Shown here: positions 8,364 to 17,009 of the stretch, piece by piece
Numbering within the stretch: position 1 is the stretch's first letter
How the letters are laid out: every line of letters begins with the position of its first letter
Source of the DNA: an uncultured Chitinophagaceae bacterium
Lineage (GTDB): Bacteria > Bacteroidota > Bacteroidia > NS11-12g > UBA9320
Length of the DNA stretch: 47,173 bases
Reading direction: 5' to 3'
Assembly (NCBI GenBank): GCA_964482155.1
Contig: CAYZWM010000002.1
Coordinates: forward strand, 1-47,173
Notes under the pieces: model-generated
Told to the model about the DNA's origin: nothing
The model's database searches: none
What the model saw: only the letters and a program-made list of their open reading frames with translations
Program-made: the position numbers and the translations under genes

Positions 8364-9455
8364 ATGGACGGTGTATGGTTTGGGAAGTATGTGAAACAGC
8401 TAAAAGGAGATCCTCCTTTTGATCGATTATTCAACCTTTTTAGGGAGTTACTGGTCTATACAAGTGGCGACGTTTCTGAAGCGCTCGAATGGCTAACTCA
8501 AATAGACAAAGAACACACGATTACCAACGACAAATACGGAGTTGGTGATTTTCTGGAAGACCTTAAAAATAAAGGGTTCTTGAGGGAAAACGACAACCAG
8601 TCAACCCGCCTAACATCAAAAATGGAACAGTCTATTCGGAAGGCTGCGTTGGATGAAATATTCGGTAAAATTCGGAAATCATCCGTTGGAAATCACAACA
8701 GTAAATCAACTGGAAAAGGGGATGAAGTTTTACCTGAACTCCGAGAATATTCCTTTGGTGATGGTTTGGATAAAATTGCGCTTACTGAAAGTCTGTTTAA
8801 CGCACAGATCAAAAATGGAATTGGAGATTGGACGTTGTCTTCCAGCGATTTACTGGTTAGAGAAACTGAACTCAAAACCCAGACGAGCTCGGTGTTAATG
8901 ATAGACATCAGTCACAGTATGATTTTGTACGGTGAAGATCGAATTACTCCAGCCAAAAAGGTAGCCATGGCACTGGCTGAATATATCCGAACAAAGCATC
9001 CAAGAGATACCCTTGATATAATTGTGTTTGGTAACGATGCCTGGGAAATAAAACTAAAGGATTTGCCTTACTTGCAGGTCGGGCCTTATCATACAAATAC
9101 GGTAGCTGGTTTAAGGTTGGCCCAGGATTTATTGAGACGCAAACGCAATCCCAATAAACAAATTTTGATGATCACTGATGGTAAACCAAGTTGTTTAAAA
9201 GAACCTACAGGGTACTACAAAAACAGCTTTGGGCTTGATCGAAAAATTGTGAACAAAACATTAAATGAAGCAGTAGCGTGTCGAAGATCAAAAATAAATA
9301 TCACGACGTTTATGATTGCACAAGACCCTTATTTACAACAATTTATAGCCGAATTTACGGAGGCCGCGAAAGGGAAAGCCTTTTACAGCGGTTTAGATAA
9401 TTTAGGGCAATTTGTCATTCACGATTACGCCAATAACAAACGAAAAACGAGATAA
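8364..9455 (+). CDS. von Willebrand factor A (vWA) domain protein with helical N-terminal region
   Basis: MIDAS motif DxSxS (LMIDISHSM, codons 8904-8918). vWA-typical segments LDIIVFGNDA and ILMITDGKPS. Confidence 0.8.
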   Translation: MDGVWFGKYVKQLKGDPPFDRLFNLFRELLVYTSGDVSEALEWLTQIDKEHTITNDKYGVGDFLEDLKNKGFLRENDNQSTRLTSKMEQSIRKAALDEIFGKIRKSSVGNHNSKSTGKGDEVLPELREYSFGDGLDKIALTESLFNAQIKNGIGDWTLSSSDLLVRETELKTQTSSVLMIDISHSMILYGEDRITPAKKVAMALAEYIRTKHPRDTLDIIVFGNDAWEIKLKDLPYLQVGPYHTNTVAGLRLAQDLLRRKRNPNKQILMITDGKPSCLKEPTGYYKNSFGLDRKIVNKTLNEAVACRRSKINITTFMIAQDPYLQQFIAEFTEAAKGKAFYSGLDNLGQFVIHDYANNKRKTR

Positions 9456-10917
9456 GATTTTGAGTACATACAATACCATTAATACACTTGGGGAGCTGAT
9501 AAAAAGTGGATACCAGTCGAAGAAAATTAAAGATGAACTTCGAGATAACCTGGTAGACAAATTGGCCAGAAAGGAAAAAGCATTCGACGGAATTTGGGGG
9601 TTTGACAACACGGTTATTCCTGATCTTGAGCGTGCGATTTTAAGCAAGCACAACATCAATCTATTGGGATTACGAGGTCAGGCTAAAACCAAACTTGCAC
9701 GTTTGATGGTGAATTTACTCGATGAGTACATTCCAATCATAGAGGGTTCTGAACTCAACGACGACCCGTTGAACCCAGTGAGTAATTATGCCCTAACACG
9801 GATACAGGTAATGGGAGATGATACTCCGATTGCCTGGCTCCATCGATCAGAACGCTATGTCGAAAAATTAGCCACGCCTGATGTATCGGTAGCTGATTTG
9901 ATCGGAGACGTGGATCCAATCAAGGCCGTAAATGAGAAACTAAATTATAACGATGAGCGTGTCATTCATTTTGGCATTATACCTCGAGCCAATCGGTGCA
10001 TTTTTGTGATTAATGAAATGCCTGATTTACAGGCCAGAATTCAGGTTGCTCTGTTTAATATTCTTCAGGAAGGCGACGTACAAATACGCGGGTTTAAGTT
10101 TAGGTTGCGGTTGGATGTGCAATTTGTATTTACTGCAAATCCAGAAGATTATACCAACCGAGGAAGCATTGTTACCCCATTAAAGGATCGGATTGGTAGT
10201 CAAATTTTAACACATTATCCCAAGACGATTGACCTGGCGAAACAAATCACTCGTCAGGAAGCTAAGCTCACCGACCAACAGCAACGTATGGTAGACATTC
10301 CAGAGCTGCTGAGAAATCTGGTAGAACAGGTGGTTATGGAAGCACGTGAGAACGAGTATGTCGATCACAAAAGTGGTGTTTCGGCGCGGTTGAGCATCAC
10401 CGCTTTAGAGAATTTGGTCAGTGCTGCAGAACGGAGGGCTATTATTAATAAAGACCAAAAGACAACGCTGCGAATAGCCGATCTTCAAGGAATTATTCCA
10501 AGCATTACCGGAAAAATTGAAATGGTCTATGAAGGTGAGCAAGAAGGTTCGTTTAACGTAGCCAATATCCTAATTGGCAAGGCCATTCGAACGATATTTG
10601 GACAACACTTTCCCATTTCCAAAAAACGAAAAGAAGGACAAAAAGATCCTTTTTCAAAGGTGGTGGACTGGTTCGAGTCGAATAACAAGATTAATCTAAA
10701 TTTTGACGATTCGGATGCCCAGTATGCGCGTGAACTAAACACGATATATGGACTGGCTGAATTGGTGGATACCTTTGAGCCTGATTCGGGCAATATGGAT
10801 AAATACACCTGGATGGAATTTGTTTTGTTCGGACTTGCTGAACACTCCAAACTGAGCAGAAAGTTCTATGAAAACAAAACGTCTTTTACCGACTTATTAG
10901 GTGGATATTTAGGTTAA
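9412..10917 (+). CDS. ChlI/BchI-like (Mg-chelatase subunit I family) AAA+ ATPase, partner of the vWA protein
   Basis: Walker A GLRGQAKT (9667-9690). ANRCIFVINEMPDL aligns with ChlI ANRGILYVDEVNLL. FVFTANPEDYTNRGSIVTPLKDRIG aligns with the sensor and Arg-finger region. There is no in-frame ATG near the 5' end; the start is TTG at 9412 (44-nt overlap with the vWA gene) or TTG at 9460. Confidence 0.75.
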   Translation: MSFTITPITNEKRDKILSTYNTINTLGELIKSGYQSKKIKDELRDNLVDKLARKEKAFDGIWGFDNTVIPDLERAILSKHNINLLGLRGQAKTKLARLMVNLLDEYIPIIEGSELNDDPLNPVSNYALTRIQVMGDDTPIAWLHRSERYVEKLATPDVSVADLIGDVDPIKAVNEKLNYNDERVIHFGIIPRANRCIFVINEMPDLQARIQVALFNILQEGDVQIRGFKFRLRLDVQFVFTANPEDYTNRGSIVTPLKDRIGSQILTHYPKTIDLAKQITRQEAKLTDQQQRMVDIPELLRNLVEQVVMEARENEYVDHKSGVSARLSITALENLVSAAERRAIINKDQKTTLRIADLQGIIPSITGKIEMVYEGEQEGSFNVANILIGKAIRTIFGQHFPISKKRKEGQKDPFSKVVDWFESNNKINLNFDDSDAQYARELNTIYGLAELVDTFEPDSGNMDKYTWMEFVLFGLAEHSKLSRKFYENKTSFTDLLGGYLG

Positions 10918-11205
10918 ACCTCCCTACTGTGTCAATTGTCAACATAACGTTATGCGCCCAGGACAAATTAAAGGCCGCTAGGATGACCTACAATCGAGGC
11001 AAGAAGACGCTAACAAATTATTTGGCGGCAGTAATTCGTCTTTGGCTGAACACAGATTAGCGTTAATAATTTCAGGGAAATATCCAAAGTCAACTAGTTA
11101 GAGTTAACTATTTTAAACGATTAGTCTCAAGTTTAGGCCAACTTTGGCGGCTTTGGTTTTTATTATTGGTAATTTTATAGGGTTGTGGACCGCAAACATT
11201 AGTGT

Positions 11206-11487
11206 ATGGGTGGCGAAAAAGTAACATCTAAATTTAATCAGGTGTCGGATGGAATATTTGGTTTCCTTTTAATCATTTTAATGATTGGAAGCATTGTGGC
11301 CTTTTTTGTATTTATTTTCTCAACTGATCGTGAAGTAAGCTCACTTGTTTCCGCATCTGGAACTACTGGATCTGCCATTTTGTATATGAAATGGAATGTG
11401 GTTCGAAGAACAGATGTTAAACCAGCAGGTATTGAGGAAGTCGGTAATTTCTTAAAACCTATAAAATCGCCAAAAGATGATGAATAA
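11206..11487 (+). CDS. Small membrane protein, hypothetical
   Basis: 93 aa with one strong TM helix (IFGFLLIILMIGSIVAFFVFIF). Overlaps the next ORF by 11 nt. Confidence 0.45.
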   Translation: MGGEKVTSKFNQVSDGIFGFLLIILMIGSIVAFFVFIFSTDREVSSLVSASGTTGSAILYMKWNVVRRTDVKPAGIEEVGNFLKPIKSPKDDE

Positions 11488-12154
11488 GACCATTACACAA
11501 ATTTTGATCGTTCTTTTTGCAGTGTCTGTAGCTGGCGCTTTGTATTTGTCTAATAAGAATGAACAACAACGTGCACACCTTATAGCAAAAACCGTTTTAT
11601 TAAAGCAGCAGGATGACAGTTTGGTCAAACTTAATCTGGAATTGGATCAGAATAAAAAGCATGTTGCTTTGTATAACGATACACTGATCGATTTGATTGA
11701 TAAATTATCAGCAGAAAACCGACGTCTTGCTTTCGCATATAGTCGTATTTCAAACACGGCTCCAGATGTTCAGAAAATAAGTCAGAAATCGGTCTTAGTT
11801 GTTGGAAGGGCACAGCACTCAAAATACATGGTCACTCTTCACTCTGTGTTGGCTGACGACAAAGTGAGCCATGCGATTTTAAATACGTTGAAAAAGAAAG
11901 GATTTGGCGTGATTGAAGGTGTAAATCGTAAAATACGACAACCCTGGATGGCTCGTTCATCAACCATTTTATATTATTCTTCCGCAACAAAAAAGATAGC
12001 GGAAGAAATGGCTCGTGATCTAAGGCGTGTAACAGGGGTGTCTTTTCTCGTCCAATTGGGTTCAGGTTTAGGTGTTCGCAAAGGAGAGGATGAATGGACC
12101 TTGTTTGTCCATTATATCAACTCAAATGTAGTTTCACAACAATCAATGGACTAA
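11477..12154 (+). CDS. Membrane-anchored coiled-coil protein with possible LytR_C-like C-terminal domain
   Basis: N-terminal TM helix (ILIVLFAVSVAGALYL), then a coiled-coil-like stretch. The C-terminal ~90 aa (VLVVGRA...LKKKGFGV...TILYYSSATKKIAEEMARDL) resemble the LytR_C pattern. Confidence 0.5.
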   Translation: MMNKTITQILIVLFAVSVAGALYLSNKNEQQRAHLIAKTVLLKQQDDSLVKLNLELDQNKKHVALYNDTLIDLIDKLSAENRRLAFAYSRISNTAPDVQKISQKSVLVVGRAQHSKYMVTLHSVLADDKVSHAILNTLKKKGFGVIEGVNRKIRQPWMARSSTILYYSSATKKIAEEMARDLRRVTGVSFLVQLGSGLGVRKGEDEWTLFVHYINSNVVSQQSMD

Positions 12155-12311
12155 TGAAGATGTTTGGTTAATTACGAACCAATCTGCTCTCTTCATTAAC
12201 ATTGACTTCGGTCACACGTTGCAATAGTAAAGTCACCGTTTCAACGCATATTTTACACTGTAAAATACGATTTGCTCAGGTTTAAGAGTCTAAACATCTA
12301 TCTCTTAATAG

Positions 12312-14438
12312 CTACTGCTTCACCAATTTCAACACAACCTGTGTGGATCCTTTCTGTAGTTGAACAAAGTACAAGCCGGGAATTAACTCGGTTAAGTCAA
12401 GGTTGAATGTTGAATTTTTAATGTTGAATTCCTGAAGGACTTTTCCATCTATTCCCACCAGTGTAACACGATCAAACGTATAACCCGATACGACAGTTAC
12501 ATAACTTTCCGCCGGGTTTGGAACCAATCGGGTAGATCGTTTTAACAGTTCGGAAATCGACGATGTACAGGTGTCTAACACAATCTTAATTTCGGCACGT
12601 GCAGAGCAACCATGTGAATCAATTGCTTCTACGACTAGTTTTTCCGCTTTGGTGACAACAAAAGCCGTTGCCGGATAACCCTGTATGCCTTTAGACCACC
12701 AGTACGATTTAAATCCGGTCGTGGCAATAGCCACCACACTATCTCCTTTGCAATACGGGCCTTTAGGATATAGATCAATACTTAACGATTTAGCCGAACC
12801 CTTACCAATGTAAATACTGTCACGACACTTGTTACCGTTGGCGTCTTTGAAGTCCAACCAATACCAACCGCTGTATTTTACCGTCAGTAATCGGCCCGTA
12901 TTTCCCGTGTTCCATTTGTAGTCTTTGTACCCGTTTTTTGCTTCTAGAATGATCGAATCCCCTTTGCCACAAAGCACATTTTTGCGCCCGTATTCAATAA
13001 TGTGAGGACACTTCTTGCACGTGTCTTTTACGATGATCTTAAATTCCACCCGAGATTCACAACCTGCGCTATCCACAGCCTCTAGAACCACATGTTTGGT
13101 TTGCGTCGGGTAAAGAATCACTCGATCGTATCGATGTCCGGTATTCCACCAGTAACTTTTAAACCCTCCCGTTGCTTCCAAAATCACTTTGTCTCCAGGA
13201 CAAACTACGGCAGGATTTGGATTGCTGTATATTTTTAAAGCTTTCCCTCCTTTTCCAATGTACACGCTGTCTTTACAAACTTTTCCATGTTGAGTGGTCG
13301 CGGTAACCACATACCAGCCTTTTTTCTTCACCTTAATAATGCGGTCTTTCGATCCCGTATTCCAGACATAGGTTTTAAACCCACTTTTGGCTTCGAGCAA
13401 TATGGAATCGTGGTCTCCACAAAGCACTTTTTTCTTGCCTAATTCAAGCAAACCGTCACAGTCGTCGCAATTTTTTACCGTGATCTTAATGTCCTCTTTA
13501 TATACGCAGCCCTGAGAATCTACCGCTTCAACCAAATAACCCGTGGTTTGAGTTGGTTTAACCGTTATTTCTCTTGTTTTTGCCCCCGATGTCCATGCAT
13601 AAGATTTGAAACCTTCTGATGCCTTAAGAACAATGGAGTCGCCTTTGCAAATTTCTTTGGTATTTGGCTTCGTGGTAATATAGAGTCTTGATTTGCTTCC
13701 GTGTATGACAATGGTATCGTAACAATAGTTTCCATTGCTGTCTTTTACCTTCAGGATATATGTGCCTGGAGACTTAATGGTTCGTATTCGGGTGGTAGGA
13801 CCATCTTTCCATAGGTAACTCGTATATCCACTTTTTGCTTCAAGTACTACGGAGTCGCCGGTACCACACAACAAGCTGTCTGGCCATGCACCAATAAGGT
13901 TTGTGCAGCCTGAAGACGAGCCGCAGGGTTTAACAGTGTACTGAATTTTGGTCTCTTTGGTACAGCCATTGGAATCGACCGTTATCACGGTAATCTTTCC
14001 AGATGTGGTCGGTCGTAAAACGATTCGGTTGCCGGTGCTTTTATTACTCCAGCGAATCGACTTGAATTTATTGGCAATCTCAATAACGAATGAATCTCCT
14101 CTACATATCTGTTTATTTGACGGGTTGAAATGAAGTTTAGGTTGAATCGCATAAACGACGGTTACTTTTACCGAGTCGGAATGCACTTTCCCAGCCTTGT
14201 CTTTCGCGGTACAGATATATTTACCCGCCGATTTAACGGTAATTATGCGGGAAGTGGATTTCGTATTCCATTGGTAGGCCGTGAACCCAGAACTCGCTTC
14301 AAGTTTAATAGAATCGCCATGACAAAGGGTTATTTTGCCGGCTGGAGATATGCTAAATCCTTGAGCTAACGTAGCTGTAAATGAAATAAAGAAAAAGAGA
14401 ATCAGTACGCCTAAACGCTTTGTATTTGTAGAGTGCAT
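12312..14438 (-). CDS. Large T9SS-secreted protein made of eight Cys-containing Ig-like repeats plus a C-terminal sorting domain
   Basis: Signal peptide (from the ATG at 14438: MHSTNTKRLGVLILFFFISFTATLAQG). Alternating repeat types with motifs LCGxGDSxxLEAKSG(F/Y)xxYxWNTG and CxGDxxxLxAxxGFKSYxW...VEAVDSxGC. The C-terminus LVPNPAESYVTV...GLYFVQL...LKLVKQ is a T9SS type A sorting domain. Confidence 0.8.
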   Translation of the reverse strand: MHSTNTKRLGVLILFFFISFTATLAQGFSISPAGKITLCHGDSIKLEASSGFTAYQWNTKSTSRIITVKSAGKYICTAKDKAGKVHSDSVKVTVVYAIQPKLHFNPSNKQICRGDSFVIEIANKFKSIRWSNKSTGNRIVLRPTTSGKITVITVDSNGCTKETKIQYTVKPCGSSSGCTNLIGAWPDSLLCGTGDSVVLEAKSGYTSYLWKDGPTTRIRTIKSPGTYILKVKDSNGNYCYDTIVIHGSKSRLYITTKPNTKEICKGDSIVLKASEGFKSYAWTSGAKTREITVKPTQTTGYLVEAVDSQGCVYKEDIKITVKNCDDCDGLLELGKKKVLCGDHDSILLEAKSGFKTYVWNTGSKDRIIKVKKKGWYVVTATTQHGKVCKDSVYIGKGGKALKIYSNPNPAVVCPGDKVILEATGGFKSYWWNTGHRYDRVILYPTQTKHVVLEAVDSAGCESRVEFKIIVKDTCKKCPHIIEYGRKNVLCGKGDSIILEAKNGYKDYKWNTGNTGRLLTVKYSGWYWLDFKDANGNKCRDSIYIGKGSAKSLSIDLYPKGPYCKGDSVVAIATTGFKSYWWSKGIQGYPATAFVVTKAEKLVVEAIDSHGCSARAEIKIVLDTCTSSISELLKRSTRLVPNPAESYVTVVSGYTFDRVTLVGIDGKVLQEFNIKNSTFNLDLTELIPGLYFVQLQKGSTQVVLKLVKQ
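12567..14351 (-). repeat. Intragenic tandem repeat region: four A+B domain pairs, the last three with an exact 150-codon (450-nt) period
   Basis: In ORF-track numbering, pair boundaries fall at about aa 36, 181, 331, 481 and 631. The repeats are conserved at the protein-motif level only, with no long identical nucleotide stretches. Confidence 0.7.
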
Positions 14439-14472
14439 AACGAAAGATTTGATCAAACTTACATCGTAATTC

Positions 14473-14508
14473 AGTAATTAGTCTGATTTAGAAGTGTAAG
14501 GTTGCATC
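14473..14508 (-). promoter_or_regulatory. Bipartite promoter-like element, copy 2 (GATGCAACC-N14-CAGACTAATTACT on the minus strand), upstream of the T9SS repeat protein
   Basis: Plus-strand AGTAATTAGTCTG (14473-14485), a 14-nt spacer, then GGTTGCATC (14500-14508). Blocks and spacing are identical to 848-883. Confidence 0.55.
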
Positions 14509-14617
14509 AAAAGGAGGTTTTTTTTGGACGGATTGTTGGGTTCCGATAGATTATATCGTTCGACCACCCCGAAGAACGCGTGTTATCCAAATAAGAACAT
14601 CGTTAACTTCGTAAACT

Positions 14618-15109
14618 ATGAGAAACCTGATTATAACAGTAATATTGGTTGCGGCGGCCTTTGGATGCTCAACAAAAACTCCTGAAGCAACAGAAAATAT
14701 TTCGACTCAAGCAGATACAGTTATGGAATTTGACTCTGCACTCGCTCTGCAACTTGGGGCAGATCAATATGGCATGAAACAATACGTCATGGCTTTTTTG
14801 AAAAAAGGACCTAATCGAGATAGAAGCAAGGAACAAGCCGACAGTCTTCAGGCTGCTCATCTTGCCAATATTAAAAAAATGGCTGAAGCAGGTAAACTTG
14901 TTCTTGCCGGACCATTTATGAATGATGGAGAACTACGAGGGATTTACATCTTTAATGTCAAAACGGTCGAAGAAGCAGAGGCATTAACCAATTCGGATCC
15001 CGCCGTTCAGGCAGGGAGTCTGGTCATGGATTTAGTTCCCTGGTATGGAAGTGCTGCATTAATGCAGGTGAGCGACCTACATAAACACATTGCGAAAGTG
15101 AAGTTTTAG
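14618..15109 (+). CDS. YciI-like (Dabb-fold) protein with lipoprotein signal peptide
   Basis: Lipobox VAAAFGC. The core (QYVMAFLKKGPNRD...AAHLANIKKMAEAGKLVLAGPF...GIYIFNVKTVEEAEALTNSDPAVQAG) matches the YciI-like pattern. Confidence 0.6.
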   Translation: MRNLIITVILVAAAFGCSTKTPEATENISTQADTVMEFDSALALQLGADQYGMKQYVMAFLKKGPNRDRSKEQADSLQAAHLANIKKMAEAGKLVLAGPFMNDGELRGIYIFNVKTVEEAEALTNSDPAVQAGSLVMDLVPWYGSAALMQVSDLHKHIAKVKF

Positions 15110-15129
15110 AATTCAGAAATCAGGCCATC

Positions 15130-16110
15130 CTAATTCTGTACGATTCGAAATCCGAAGTGATTATTTCCCCGGTTTTCAAAATCAGCTGCGCGCGCATACG
15201 TAAGTAAGGTTGCCGAGTGGTAATTCCATGAGCCACCCCTTCGAACACGTTTTGCATCTGATCCGGCTGTGGTGTTCAACGGGTTATTTGCTCCATCTGA
15301 GTAAAATGACGCACTGTAATAGTCCTGACACCATTCCCAAACATTACCCCCCATGTCGTATAAACCGTATGGGTTTGCAGGATATGAACCCACCGCTACG
15401 CTATGCCCAGTGGCATCGAGCACGCCTGGTGTGTCTCCATTGTAATTGGCTTTTTGGTCGCTTAGGCTACCGTCGTTTGTAGGATATTTTAGCTGTTGCC
15501 CACCTCTGGCAGCGCATTCCCACTGTGCTTCTGTAGGCAGACTAACTCCGTAATAGTTGGCAAAGGCATAGGCACCATACCAACGAACCCAATTTACGGG
15601 CCAGCTGGCTTTCGAATTGTCGAGTAATTCAAATTGACTATTCGATACATTAAAGGTAATCCAGCTTTTATTGTCAATGTGTTCTGCGTGTCCATCACTG
15701 GTGCATCCGCCAGTTTCTCCTAGTTGTAAAAAAATCTGACCTGCGTTTGGGGCATCTCCTGCTCCAAGAATCATGTTTTCCGTATAAATGCCGCACGGGT
15801 CGCTGGTTTGTTGTTCCGAAACAGTAACCCAACCGTCTGCATGTGCTGCGTTTAGAAAGTCAATATACTGTTGATTCGTTATTTCCTTTTCGGACATTTT
15901 AAAGGCCGATAAAGTCACGTTCACTTCTGGAGCGTCATTTTGATTAGTTGTTCCACCCATCGTAATTGTACCGGCGGGGATGTCCTTAAAATTGATACTA
16001 CTGGACAACGTTTTGTCAACCACATTGTCTGATGAAACCGTGTCGTCGCTACACGATTGAGTTAAAATGACCAACCCGAATAACCCGACCAATAATCTTA
16101 ATTTTTGCAT
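15130..16110 (-). CDS. Formylglycine-generating-enzyme (SUMF1/FGE-sulfatase) domain lipoprotein
   Basis: Lipobox LTQSC. Family motifs: IPAGTITMGG, NWVRWYGAYAFANYYG, LPTEAQWECAARGG, YGLYDMGGNVWEWCQD, RVRRGGSW and GFRIV. Confidence 0.8.
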   Translation of the reverse strand: MQKLRLLVGLFGLVILTQSCSDDTVSSDNVVDKTLSSSINFKDIPAGTITMGGTTNQNDAPEVNVTLSAFKMSEKEITNQQYIDFLNAAHADGWVTVSEQQTSDPCGIYTENMILGAGDAPNAGQIFLQLGETGGCTSDGHAEHIDNKSWITFNVSNSQFELLDNSKASWPVNWVRWYGAYAFANYYGVSLPTEAQWECAARGGQQLKYPTNDGSLSDQKANYNGDTPGVLDATGHSVAVGSYPANPYGLYDMGGNVWEWCQDYYSASFYSDGANNPLNTTAGSDAKRVRRGGSWNYHSATLLTYARAADFENRGNNHFGFRIVQN

Positions 16111-16139
16111 ATTAATATTCCTTTATTTCGCATTCAAAC

Positions 16140-16886
16140 TTACAAATCTTCAAGCGCTTGTAGTACTAAAGATTTACGTCTCGAAGAAACCGGGACATAA
16201 TTCCCATCATCGAGGTTTAAATGGCCGCCATCTGCTTTTACGAATTCAACGATGTGTTCGATATTGACCAAATGCGATTGATGTACCCGAATGAATCCGT
16301 TGTCGGACAACATCCCGTCAAATTCTTTTAAGGTACGGGTAACAAGTACTTTATTCCCGGACGTCAGGTGAAATCGGGTATAGTTTATATCGGATTCCAG
16401 ACGAATAATATCGCTGAGTCTTACGACGTGAATCTTCTCCTGCGTGTTGAGAATGATCCGTTCCATTTTACCAATGTGTTTGCCAATATTCTCCTGGAGT
16501 AAGGCCAAACTCTGTGGACTGTCCTTCGTACCCTTTGCTTTTTCTACGGCTATCTTCAACTCATCTTGATTGATGGGTTTGAGTAGATAATCTACTGCTG
16601 AAAACTTGAAGGCTCGAAGCGCATGCTCATCACTTGCCGTTGTAAAAATGGTCTTAAATGGTTTTTGAGGCAGCATTTCCAACAGATCAAAGCCATCTCC
16701 ATCGGGCATTTCGATGTCTAAAAACAAAATGTCCGGCGTATTTTTAGCTAGAAGCTTTACCCCTTTCATTACACCATCCGCTTCCCCGATGATTTCGATT
16801 TCAGGAGAAACTGAATTCAGGTCGGCGCGTAGAATCTTACGGGCATCTTCAATGTCATCAATGATAATAGCTGTGAATTTTTGCAT
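16140..16886 (-). CDS. Two-component response regulator, LytTR DNA-binding family (no cognate kinase adjacent)
   Basis: Receiver domain (IIIDDIEDA...ILFLDIEMPDGDGF...AVDYLLKP) followed by a LytTR domain (IHVVRLSDIIRLESDINYTRFHL...FIRVHQSHLVN). I prefer the ATG at 16886. Confidence 0.85.
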   Translation of the reverse strand: MQKFTAIIIDDIEDARKILRADLNSVSPEIEIIGEADGVMKGVKLLAKNTPDILFLDIEMPDGDGFDLLEMLPQKPFKTIFTTASDEHALRAFKFSAVDYLLKPINQDELKIAVEKAKGTKDSPQSLALLQENIGKHIGKMERIILNTQEKIHVVRLSDIIRLESDINYTRFHLTSGNKVLVTRTLKEFDGMLSDNGFIRVHQSHLVNIEHIVEFVKADGGHLNLDDGNYVPVSSRRKSLVLQALEDL

Positions 16887-17009
16887 GATTATTAAGACGA
16901 AGTTATACATCTTCATGAAAATCGTTTGAAATGGTCCTAAAACCCGTTAAAAAGCCTGATTTTTTTCCTGCTAACCGAATTGCTAAAAGTTAAAACCAAA
17001 AGCATATAG

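Noticed and set aside
8246-8434. A 62-aa minus-strand ORF in the divergent region before the vWA gene, overlapping its 5' end.
   Set aside because: It overlaps the vWA start, has no motif, and its composition looks non-coding.
10943-10954. A 12-nt perfect palindrome, CATAACGTTATG, just after the AAA+ gene.
   Set aside because: About ten such 12-nt palindromes are expected by chance in 47 kb. There is no flanking T-run and no promoter context.
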